Below, piece by piece: positions 9,164 to 17,123 of a stretch of 35,371 bases of DNA. Position 1 is the first letter of the stretch; every line of letters starts with the position of its first letter. The notes beneath the pieces are model-generated. The model was not told the DNA's origin, ran no database searches, and was given only the letters and a program-made list of their open reading frames with translations. Source of the DNA: an uncultured Candidatus Saccharibacteria bacterium (lineage in GTDB: Bacteria > Patescibacteriota > Minisyncoccia > Portnoybacterales > UBA2143); NCBI GenBank assembly GCA_964589195.1, contig CAZPQT010000002.1:1-35371 (forward strand), read 5' to 3'. The translations under genes and the position numbers were made by a program.

Positions 9164-9544
9164 TTACTCTGGTAATGTCAATGACCAGGTGACTAAATCT
9201 GGGTTGATGGTATTTAAAATCAAATAAGCGGCTAAAGCTAAAACCAAACCGGAAATAGCTCCCCAAATGTACTTTTTAGCTTCATCCTTTGAAGTGATTG
9301 TTCCCGAAAGCATATACATAAAACCGCCGTAAACCAGGGCGCCTAAAGCAGCGATGCCGACCAGGGATAAGCCAAAAAGATAGATATAGCGGATATAACC
9401 AGTTAATTCATTGGTTGGTGTTACTCCGCCAATAGTTGGATAATCTACTTCAAGTGTATATTCTGCTTGAGCATCAAAAACAATAAATAATAAACAATTA
9501 GCAATAAGCAGTAGAATAGTAATGGCAAGTATTTTAAATTTCAT
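9164..9544 (-). CDS. VirB2/TrbC-like T4SS pilin candidate
   Basis: 126 aa. A signal peptide (MKFKILAITILLLIANCLLFIVFDAQA) is followed by two hydrophobic helices joined by a short polar loop (LFGLSLVGIAALGALVYGGFMYMLSG-TITSKDEAKKY-IWGAISGLVLALAAYLIL). This is the VirB2-type topology. It resembles the T4SS_pilin family as I recall it. Confidence 0.6.
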   Translation of the reverse strand: MKFKILAITILLLIANCLLFIVFDAQAEYTLEVDYPTIGGVTPTNELTGYIRYIYLFGLSLVGIAALGALVYGGFMYMLSGTITSKDEAKKYIWGAISGLVLALAAYLILNTINPDLVTWSLTLPE

Positions 9545-9583
9545 AAATTTTGGGAGCCTTGCTTCCTTTAGGCCTTCTTTATA

Positions 9584-10333
9584 TTATGGAATAAAAGTTA
9601 TTTCAGCCGTCGTTCGAGCTCTTTGGAGGGGATTATTTTTATTTTCCACCCCAATTTTCAAATTTTGTTTGATAGATTGGATTAATTGGCCGATTTTCAA
9701 AATAAAAACATGAGGATTATCACTACTAATTTGAGAAGCTTCTCGGCCGCCTAAATTCCAATTAAAATTTAACTCATTTATACTACTAATATTAAAGAAA
9801 TATGGTTGAGCAATAAAGCTTGTTTCTTGTTCAGCGCTGATTTGGTATTCCTTAATAATTGAAGAAACAGAGGATTCCAGGGGAAGAGTTCCTTTGTTAG
9901 TTATCGGCTGGATAACGACTTGCGGCTGAACAATTCCTATGTCCAAATAAGCTGAACCCAAAAGATTTTCTTCTTTATCCCTGATTTCTACTCTAATAGA
10001 TTGTTCATTTTCGGATGTCCATTTAACTGGAAACCCAAGGACTGATTTTGCTTGGCCGGATTGTTCTGTCTGGAGATGTTTATTAAGAAACCAACGATAA
10101 TTTAATTCTTGAGGATTGACTTCTTGGGAATCAATATTAGCTGCTACCTCAATAACACTTCCTTTAACTGGCAGGGCTTTGCCTGGATAATCAAGAGGGA
10201 TATAAGTATTAGTTGACCAGGTCAAGGTGATGTTGATTTCCGAAGTTTGGCTTTGGACTGGCAAAAACCATAGAAAACAGAAAACAAAAACCAAGAACAA
10301 CAGGCAACTAATTAAACTTTGTTTTTTGCTCAT
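9584..10333 (-). CDS. Secreted hypothetical protein (T4SS-like string)
   Basis: 249-aa ORF with an N-terminal signal or anchor sequence (LISCLLFLVFVFCFLWFLPVQSQ). No motif recognised. 4-nt gap to the upstream gene. Confidence 0.7.
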   Translation of the reverse strand: MSKKQSLISCLLFLVFVFCFLWFLPVQSQTSEINITLTWSTNTYIPLDYPGKALPVKGSVIEVAANIDSQEVNPQELNYRWFLNKHLQTEQSGQAKSVLGFPVKWTSENEQSIRVEIRDKEENLLGSAYLDIGIVQPQVVIQPITNKGTLPLESSVSSIIKEYQISAEQETSFIAQPYFFNISSINELNFNWNLGGREASQISSDNPHVFILKIGQLIQSIKQNLKIGVENKNNPLQRARTTAEITFIP

Positions 10334-10337
10334 AATT

Positions 10338-10808
10338 TTATCTAAATTCTGCTACAGCTCTTCTATCGATAACGCCTCCTTGTAGCTTTCTTAATCCCTC
10401 TTCAGCTATTTGTCCCTTTTTCTGCGTTATATACCATCCCCAGGCAATAGAAATTATCCAAGTCGGAATAGGATCTACAAAAGGGATTAGTTCAAAAAGC
10501 CCGGCTAAAGAAATAATTATCCATATTTTCAATCTTATATGTCCACCGAGGCTCATCGTAAAACCGAAAAGAATCGCCCAGACAATAAGATCAATAACAT
10601 CTCCAATAATTGGAATTGAGCCAATGATGCCAATGTCAGCTAAATCATTATAAGCAGCTAACATAAAAGCAAAGGGCCAGACCCAAATTTGTTTATCTTC
10701 TACTGCTTTTGTCATTCTCTGGACTACTTTATTTGATATTCTCGCAGCCAATTTTGCTTTTATGCCTTTGGCTTTATCTTGATTAAATTGGGCGCTATAA
10801 TCAGGCAT
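10338..10808 (-). CDS. Small polytopic membrane protein, hypothetical (T4SS-like string)
   Basis: 156 aa with 3-4 hydrophobic helices (IWVWPFAFMLAAY, IIGSIPIIGDVIDLIVWAILFGF, IWIIISLAGLFELIPFV, IPTWIISIAWGWYI). No family recognised. Confidence 0.65.
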   Translation of the reverse strand: MPDYSAQFNQDKAKGIKAKLAARISNKVVQRMTKAVEDKQIWVWPFAFMLAAYNDLADIGIIGSIPIIGDVIDLIVWAILFGFTMSLGGHIRLKIWIIISLAGLFELIPFVDPIPTWIISIAWGWYITQKKGQIAEEGLRKLQGGVIDRRAVAEFR

Positions 10809-10871
10809 TGTTTTTTGGAGCCCTGCCTTTAGACAGGGATTAGTCCTTGACTAAAGTCGGGACCCCGATAG

Positions 10872-12902
10872 TTAGTAAGCAGTATCTTTTTCTCCTTTTT
10901 CTTCGGCAGCTGGCTTGGGAATGGCTTCGGGTGCGGGTTCAGAAGCGGGTTGAGGGGCAGGTTCAACATCAGGTTTAGCAACGGGTTCAGGGGCAGATTT
11001 TAAAACGGATTCAGAAGCGGGTTCAGTTGTCAGTTCGGGAACGGCTTCGGGCGTAGGTTTGGGAATAGCCGGCGCGGCCGTGGGGTGAGGAATGGATTCG
11101 CTTTCGGATGTTGTTTCTTCTTCAGCCAATTCTTCTTTAGCTTTTTGTATTTCCATTAACTGAGCTGGGTCAGAAGTAATAATTTGGTCTTCGGTATAGG
11201 AGGCGATTATCTTGATAGCCACATGTTTTAGGCCGGCGAAAAAGAGACCCTCGCCGACCGGACATTCCAAAAGCATATATTTCTCCTGGTCAGTCAAATT
11301 AAAAGTTTCTTTGATTACTTCAATCGTGGCCGGCGACTGCTTTAAGAGAAGCTGTAAAGAAGAGTTAGTCACAATCGGCTTGCCGTATTTGGATTTCATA
11401 AAATCAGCCACATCCTGGGTAATAGTAGTTAAGCCAAGGTAATATTTGCGGCATCTCTTGGCAATACCATAAAGGAAGGAACCAGCGTCATCGTGCTGCA
11501 TCATCCACCAGGCCTCGTCAACCACCATCATTCTCTTTTTTTTCTCAGCGCGAATAACGTTCCAGATATAGCGTAAGACAACATACATAGCCAGTGGCCT
11601 TAATTCATCTTCCATATCCCGAATACTAAAGACAATTAATTTATTCTTTAATTGAACGTTGGTTGGTTGGTTAAAAAAGCCCGCGTAACTGCCGCTAACA
11701 TATTTTTCTAAGCGGGTCGCCAAGCTTTCTCCGCCAGTCATCCCTTTTAAAATAGCATAAAGGTCTGACATTAAAGGCGGGCTGATTTTACTAAAATCAG
11801 ATTCCGGCGTAATATCGCGAGCGGCGTAAGTTTGAGTTAAGGCCTTATCCATAACGGCATCCTCTTCAGGAGTCAGGCCGCCCAGCATCATTCTTAAAAG
11901 ACCGACTAAATTAATGATATTACTTCTCAATAGGTTGGCTGGCTTATCGTCTGGTCCGGGGATAGGCAGGTCAAATGGGTTAAGGTTATTGGGCGAAGTT
12001 AAGGAAATATCAATAAACGAACCGCCAACTGTCTCCGCTAAATACTTGTATTCTTTTTCCGGGTCAATGACAATCACTTCAGTATCCTGCATTAAGGAAC
12101 GGAGAATTTCTAATTTAATTGCGTATGATTTTCCTGAACCTGACTTGGCAAATACGCACATATTGGCGTTTTCCAAACCAAAGCGGTCAAATAGAATTAA
12201 AGAGTTGTTGTGTCGGTTAATACCATATAGAATCCCCTTATTATCAGTCAAATCAGAAGAGATAAAGGGAAAATTAGAGGAAAGAGAGGCAGTATTTAAA
12301 CTGTTGTGAATAAGGAGCTTATCTTCTTCTAAGGGGAGAGTGGAGATAAAGCCCTGTTCCTGCTGAAAGACAGCTGGTTTAGCATAAATACTCTGGTTTT
12401 CCAAGAGGGCCCTGATTTTATTTTCAATTTCATCTAATTGTTTAGCGGAATCAGCAAAAAAAGTGAGATAAAGGCCGAATTTGAAAAGCCGTTCTGCCCC
12501 TTGCTGGAGTTTATCGCGCAGCTCTTCAATATTTTTGAGAGCTGTTTCCAAAACCGGGCTGCGGACTTTGCCTTTTTCTTGCTGGAGAGACATTTGGGAC
12601 TGGATTTGGGCTGTTTTTTTGGTTAAGTTTTTCAAAATAACACCTGTTTCAAAAGGATGAATAAACAGAGCAATATTCATTTCCTGGTCCAGAGTGATTA
12701 AAGGCGAAAGCCAGCCAGTATTCAAAACAGCTGGATAAGTAAAGACAAAAATAGTTCGGCCGTATTTTTCGCCAATTTGAAAATAATTAGAATCAATTTT
12801 CAAGCCAGCCGGGGCAATCATATCAACCAAGCTGGTTGGTTGGCTTATTTCGGGAAATTCTTCTCCGCCTATGGCAGATTCATTTTTTTTAAATAGGGGC
12901 AT
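10872..12902 (-). CDS. virB4: VirB4/TrbE-family T4SS ATPase with a C-terminal Pro/Glu/Ala-rich tail
   Basis: Walker A CVFAKSGSGKSYAIK (about nt 12121-12160). Walker B MMVVDEAWWMM (about nt 11499-11531). VirB4-type N-domain (IAPAGLKIDSNYFQIGEKYGRTIFVFTYPAVLNTGWLSPL). The last ~85 aa are low complexity (PKPTPEAVPELTTEPASE...PAPQPASEPAPEAIPKPAAEE). Confidence 0.9.
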   Translation of the reverse strand: MPLFKKNESAIGGEEFPEISQPTSLVDMIAPAGLKIDSNYFQIGEKYGRTIFVFTYPAVLNTGWLSPLITLDQEMNIALFIHPFETGVILKNLTKKTAQIQSQMSLQQEKGKVRSPVLETALKNIEELRDKLQQGAERLFKFGLYLTFFADSAKQLDEIENKIRALLENQSIYAKPAVFQQEQGFISTLPLEEDKLLIHNSLNTASLSSNFPFISSDLTDNKGILYGINRHNNSLILFDRFGLENANMCVFAKSGSGKSYAIKLEILRSLMQDTEVIVIDPEKEYKYLAETVGGSFIDISLTSPNNLNPFDLPIPGPDDKPANLLRSNIINLVGLLRMMLGGLTPEEDAVMDKALTQTYAARDITPESDFSKISPPLMSDLYAILKGMTGGESLATRLEKYVSGSYAGFFNQPTNVQLKNKLIVFSIRDMEDELRPLAMYVVLRYIWNVIRAEKKKRMMVVDEAWWMMQHDDAGSFLYGIAKRCRKYYLGLTTITQDVADFMKSKYGKPIVTNSSLQLLLKQSPATIEVIKETFNLTDQEKYMLLECPVGEGLFFAGLKHVAIKIIASYTEDQIITSDPAQLMEIQKAKEELAEEETTSESESIPHPTAAPAIPKPTPEAVPELTTEPASESVLKSAPEPVAKPDVEPAPQPASEPAPEAIPKPAAEEKGEKDTAY

Positions 12903-12906
12903 ATTT

Positions 12907-13578
12907 TTATTGGATTCTCATTTCTTTGGCTTTTTGGAGCTCTGGTTCTTCTTTGGCGCTGGGGTTATATAATTTATAGAAAAGCTCAACTATTTCTTCG
13001 GTTTTTAAGGGGATGGCCTTAAGGCCGATTCCTTGCAGGCCAGAAATGACAAACTCCATTCTTTGCCAAAGATTATTTTTAATTTCTTGAAATTTTTCTT
13101 CCTGGACCGCTGGTTGTTTTTTTCCGCCTCCAAAAAACTTACTGAAGAATCCTGCCTTTTTGACAATAGAGGGACTGTAAGGAATTACCAGATAAAAGGA
13201 TTCAGTCATAACATTAGTCATTTCAGTTAATTCTTTGATAAAATCAATATATTCCGAGGTCTGGATTTTTAAGAGTTCGTTTTCTTGTTGATTTTGTTTT
13301 TGTTCTAGCATTTCAATGTAGGGGGTGATGTCAAATTTTCGAGAGGCGGCCACAATTTGGATGGGAAAGTCAAGGGAATTGAGGAGATTTTGATAACGAT
13401 AGATGGTGGCATCTTGTTCTTCAGTTGATTTAAGGGCAAAGTTTAAGCTGCTGGTCATTAAAATAGCCCGCCAGCCGCCGCTTTTAAGAATAATGACATC
13501 GTCTCTAATCTCTTTAATTGATAAATGCTGTTGAATGGAAGCTGATTTTTTTTGTTGAGGCATTATTTTTTTCTCCAA
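12907..13578 (-). CDS. Hypothetical protein, possibly a detached N-terminal module of VirB4
   Basis: 223 aa with no TM helix. IKEIRDDVIILKSGGWRAILMTSSLNFALKSTEEQDATIYRYQNLLNSLDFPIQIVAAS resembles the extreme N-terminus of long Gram-positive VirB4 proteins, as I recall them. There is a 4-nt gap to virB4 and a 16-nt overlap with the PrgI-like gene. Confidence 0.45.
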   Translation of the reverse strand: MEKKIMPQQKKSASIQQHLSIKEIRDDVIILKSGGWRAILMTSSLNFALKSTEEQDATIYRYQNLLNSLDFPIQIVAASRKFDITPYIEMLEQKQNQQENELLKIQTSEYIDFIKELTEMTNVMTESFYLVIPYSPSIVKKAGFFSKFFGGGKKQPAVQEEKFQEIKNNLWQRMEFVISGLQGIGLKAIPLKTEEIVELFYKLYNPSAKEEPELQKAKEMRIQ

Positions 13579-13841
13579 AGATATAATCTCGGTTTTCTTA
13601 GATACTTAATTAAGGAACCTAGGAAAGAAATAAAGGGTCGGCCATTGACTTTGTAAAAAGCTAAAGCGCCGCAAAGAAGACCAACCGGAATAGCTACCGC
13701 AATAAAAAGACCTAATTTAAGAAAAAACCAAAGCAGAAAAAGCGAACCTGCCCCGGCGCCGATATAGAGAAACTGTTTTAGGGTCAATGGCCCGATTATC
13801 TTGTCCTCTACTTCAATAAATTGGGGAACATCGAATTTCAT
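13563..13841 (-). CDS. PrgI-family (VirB3-like) small membrane protein
   Basis: 92 aa. MKFDVPQFIEVEDKIIGPLTLKQFLYIGAG is followed by two TM helices (SLFLLWFFLKLGLFIAVAIPVGLLCGALAFY). Size, topology and position immediately upstream of VirB4 are typical for VirB3/PrgI. Confidence 0.6.
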   Translation of the reverse strand: MKFDVPQFIEVEDKIIGPLTLKQFLYIGAGAGSLFLLWFFLKLGLFIAVAIPVGLLCGALAFYKVNGRPFISFLGSLIKYLRKPRLYLWRKK

Positions 13842-13843
13842 AT

Positions 13844-14713
13844 TTATTTATTTTTTAAATCAACCACATTTCCTTCTATTTTTGGTTCAACTTGACCAGG
13901 TCTAGGCGGCTCTTCAACAGGTTCCCGATAGATATCGCGGCGGCTCGGCTCTGGTTCAGTCGGTTGAGGAGAAGAAGGCGAGAGCGGTCGGGCAGGGCTT
14001 GGCTGGGCAGGCAAAGGAACCGGTTGACCAGGAAATGGGCTGGGAGTTATGGGAGTTACCGGAGGGCTTGGCCCGGAAGGAGCCGCCTTTTCTCTTAAAG
14101 CAAGCCCGTCAGCGTAAAGTTTGAAGGTATTATAGAAAGTCAGAATTTTACCCAATGTTTCCCTGTCGCTTTCTGATAATTTTTTAGCATTCTGGTTATT
14201 AAATAAATAATCAGCTTCTTCTATTTGGCTGGGATTTTTTGCTTTGACGCTTCCAATAAAGTCAAGCAGCCAATTTTTAACCCAAGATTTAACCGGGGCT
14301 GATTCCCCTTTTACGTCAATTGGCTGACTGCCTAAGTTTTGTTTATTTTTCCTTAAAGCCGAGAGGATTTCATTGATGGTTTCTCTAAGATTAACCCCAA
14401 ACTGAAGTTCTAATTTAGCCGTGACCAAATCAATTAAACTAACATCCAAGGCCAAACCTTCTAAAAAATGTTTCTCAACCAATTCTGAAAATTCTTGGTC
14501 GTTTCTAATCAAAGGACAAGCTACCCACTTTAATTGAGCAATTAGTTTTTGATACTGGGCAAAGAGAGCTCGGTCAGTCATTTCCAAATCAGCCACCGGT
14601 CGTTCTAATTGGCGGGACCATTCCAGGGCCTTTTTTCTTTGTAAATGTTCAAAAATTGGCTGGGCTTTCTCCAGGATAATTTTTAATTGTTCAGCAGTAA
14701 GTTGAATAGCCAT
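13844..14713 (-). CDS. Hypothetical soluble protein with a Pro-rich C-terminus (T4SS-like string)
   Basis: 289-aa ORF with no TM helix. The C-terminal ~80 aa are Pro-rich (APSGPSPPVTPITPSPFPGQPVPLPAQPSPARPLSPSSPQPTEPEP). 2-nt gap to the PrgI-like gene. Confidence 0.7.
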   Translation of the reverse strand: MAIQLTAEQLKIILEKAQPIFEHLQRKKALEWSRQLERPVADLEMTDRALFAQYQKLIAQLKWVACPLIRNDQEFSELVEKHFLEGLALDVSLIDLVTAKLELQFGVNLRETINEILSALRKNKQNLGSQPIDVKGESAPVKSWVKNWLLDFIGSVKAKNPSQIEEADYLFNNQNAKKLSESDRETLGKILTFYNTFKLYADGLALREKAAPSGPSPPVTPITPSPFPGQPVPLPAQPSPARPLSPSSPQPTEPEPSRRDIYREPVEEPPRPGQVEPKIEGNVVDLKNK

Positions 14714-14736
14714 TTTTTTTATTTGATATTTATTAT

Positions 14737-17088
14737 TTAACCAAAAGCGCCTGGCGGGGATTTAGCCCGGGCCTCTCTAAATGCTTTTTCAGTTGGTGGA
14801 ACAGTGCTGGATTGGCTTTCTCCACGTTTCCAAGAGCTAAGTTCCGAGGCCATTTTTGCTTCTTCAGCTCCGACCATTCTTTTCATCTCCTCTATTTGTT
14901 CATCTGTTCTTTCTGTTAGCCTTTTACTTAATGCCTTATAAAGTTCCGGATTTATCTTTTCTGTTTCTTTAGCGTGTTTAAGCATAAGCGTACCGATAAC
15001 CTCGTCGGGTATTCTGTTAGCGTGTTCTGCCGGGAGACCGCTAATCCACATTTCATGACCTTTGATACCCATGTCTTTAGGTGGCACATCCTTAGATTCA
15101 GAAATAATACTTAAGCGGTGAGTAAATCTGGCTCGTTCTTGAGGTTCCATTCTTGACCAGGCCTTATTGGCTTCCATTAAGGCCTCTTTACTTCCATTTT
15201 CTACTCCTAATTCTTTAACAAGATTCTTATAAGTGGTCTTGCCTGTCTTTTCGTCATATTCTGATTTAAAGACCCGACCCTGCCATTGACCGACCTTTTC
15301 CGATGACTTATTAAGGTCATGGCCCAAGCGATAAGCGTCCTGTTCTCCTAAAAGTGGCTTTAATTGTTCTTCGGTAAATTTAGATATGCCCTCGGCATCG
15401 AAATTATAACCAGGACCAACTTTTCCTATCAAGTCATTGAGGTCGCCTTGGGCAGCTGCTTTCATGGCATAGGCAGCTGCTTTTGATCCAAGACCAGCTT
15501 CCTGGGCTTTTTTAAAGCCACCAGTTAATTCTTCGGAGTTAGTCGTCACTATTTTATTTTCCTCTTCTATCCGTTCGGCTCTTTTAGCCCGTTCCAAATA
15601 ATCGCTTTTTTCTTTACCTAAGGAGAAAGCGCCGGTGAGCTTATCTTGCAGGGCCGGGGCTGATAATCGATAGGCCCCGCGTTCGGCTTCTTCTCGGCGA
15701 GCCGCCCAGCCCCTTTTCCAGACGCCAGGGGAAACGTAAGGGACAATTTTCCTCTTAGCTCGACCTAAAGCTTGTATACCGGTAACTTTGCTTATTCTTT
15801 CTACTCCTTTGGCTGCTTTTTCTAATTTAAGTCTTCTCAAACCGGAGGCCAAGCTTGGGAATTTACCTCCGCTGGCTAACCAGCGGTTCACTCCGCTAGC
15901 CGCTCCTTTGCCAAACCATTTAGCCACGCCCATGGCGCCATTGGCGCCGGCAATGCCCATTTTTTGAGCAACAACCAGAGAACCGAGGAGCATACCGCAG
16001 ACGAGAAGAAACTGAACAAAATTTGTCGGTTCCATTATTTGGGGGACCAGCCGCGAGCCGAGCATCTCATCACTAACTATTTGCTTGACACCTTCAACTG
16101 CGCTACTTCCTGAAGGGGAAATAAACTGCGACCAGGATTTAACGCTTAGCCAAATAAAAAAGAAAGCCGCCGGAGCAAAAAAGACCCATTTAATGAAAGT
16201 GTTCCACCATTGGCTAAAAAGGTGCCGGGTGGCTGGTAAAACCCAAAAAAGCCAGGCAATGGGAGCTAAAATAAGCAGGAACCAAATAATCATGATCCTG
16301 GCTAATAAAAGAAAGGCTAAGGCGCCAAAAACAAAAGCGGCCACCACAGTAAAGATAATGGAAAAAAATAAAGAAATAATTACGGCCCAGTAACTATCAC
16401 TAAGTCCTTTCCAGTCATTTTCTGTTTGTATCTTAGCCTCGGTTGGCATTGGTTCACAGGTTCCTTGGCAGGAATTGCATTGAAACGCTGTCAATCCTTC
16501 GACTGATGTTTCTGCCATTATACACCGGAAGCTTTCACCTTTTTTTTCAGCCGTGGTAGTCATAATTTTAGGTAATTTCATAGCACTAGCAATATCTTTA
16601 AAAAATACTTGGCCATCGCCAACAAAAAAGTTGGTCAAGACACCGGAAAAATCAATGACCACTCCGGCAAAGACCAAACTAAAGTTAATCAAAAGAGCGG
16701 CGATAATCAGTTTTGGCAAAAGAGATTTCATGCCATAGGTTTCTATTCGTAAAATCGTGGCAAAGGCAATGGCCAAAAGAATTAAAACAAAGAACATATT
16801 AGCTAAATCACGAGCCACTTTCCAGCCCTCTTGAACTAATTTGGCTTTTTGCGGATCAGTAAAGTTAAGAATGCCCAGGCCTAAGGCAGCTAACCATGTG
16901 ACTATAGTGCCAATCATTCCCTGAATAGACAAAAGAATATCGCCGATGATACTTTTTAGACCATCAACGATACCTAAATCTACTGCCTTGGCATCTTTAG
17001 CTCCCAAAACAAAAATTCCTAAAGAAGTAATCAGGAAGATTAAACTAAAAATAATTAGCTGTTTTTTTGTTTTTAGCCAGCTTGGCAT
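14737..17088 (-). CDS. VirB6/TrbL-like polytopic membrane protein with a long hydrophilic C-terminal domain
   Basis: 783 aa. It has an N-terminal signal or anchor and at least 6 hydrophobic helices (FFVLILLAIAFATIL, IIAALLINFSLVFAGVVIDF, YWAVIISLFFSIIFTVVAAFVFGALAFLLLARIMIIWFLLILAPIAWLFWV, FFAPAAFFFIWL, FLLVCGMLLGSLVVA). A Cys-rich loop (CIMAETSVEGLTAFQCNSCQGTCEP) is present. A charged, coiled-coil-like C-terminus of about 380 aa follows. The assignment rests on topology and context only. Confidence 0.5.
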   Translation of the reverse strand: MPSWLKTKKQLIIFSLIFLITSLGIFVLGAKDAKAVDLGIVDGLKSIIGDILLSIQGMIGTIVTWLAALGLGILNFTDPQKAKLVQEGWKVARDLANMFFVLILLAIAFATILRIETYGMKSLLPKLIIAALLINFSLVFAGVVIDFSGVLTNFFVGDGQVFFKDIASAMKLPKIMTTTAEKKGESFRCIMAETSVEGLTAFQCNSCQGTCEPMPTEAKIQTENDWKGLSDSYWAVIISLFFSIIFTVVAAFVFGALAFLLLARIMIIWFLLILAPIAWLFWVLPATRHLFSQWWNTFIKWVFFAPAAFFFIWLSVKSWSQFISPSGSSAVEGVKQIVSDEMLGSRLVPQIMEPTNFVQFLLVCGMLLGSLVVAQKMGIAGANGAMGVAKWFGKGAASGVNRWLASGGKFPSLASGLRRLKLEKAAKGVERISKVTGIQALGRAKRKIVPYVSPGVWKRGWAARREEAERGAYRLSAPALQDKLTGAFSLGKEKSDYLERAKRAERIEEENKIVTTNSEELTGGFKKAQEAGLGSKAAAYAMKAAAQGDLNDLIGKVGPGYNFDAEGISKFTEEQLKPLLGEQDAYRLGHDLNKSSEKVGQWQGRVFKSEYDEKTGKTTYKNLVKELGVENGSKEALMEANKAWSRMEPQERARFTHRLSIISESKDVPPKDMGIKGHEMWISGLPAEHANRIPDEVIGTLMLKHAKETEKINPELYKALSKRLTERTDEQIEEMKRMVGAEEAKMASELSSWKRGESQSSTVPPTEKAFREARAKSPPGAFG

Positions 17089-17123
17089 TTTAACTAAACT
17101 CTAATTAGATTCTTATTCCTCGT

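Noticed and set aside
9522-9713. 63-aa plus-strand ORF spanning the pilin/249-aa gene junction
   Set aside because: It overlaps two supported minus-strand genes and their intergenic spacer. It has no RBS.
10809-10871. Terminator or repeat-family copy in the 63-nt gap after virB4
   Set aside because: Only short stems are present (CCCTG/CAGGG and TAGTC/GACTA), and no T-run follows on the transcribed strand. TAGTCCTTGA resembles an inner arm of the palindromic family, but the partner arm is absent, so the evidence is too weak to call.
11212-12626. Plus-strand ORFs of 76, 131 and 62 aa inside virB4
   Set aside because: They are antisense shadows of a long, motif-rich CDS. They have no start context and no recognisable motifs.
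13892-14098. 68-aa Arg-rich plus-strand ORF
   Set aside because: It is the antisense reading of the GC-rich Pro-tract of the 289-aa protein, where CCN read in reverse gives NGG and Arg/Gly-rich products. It is a compositional artefact.
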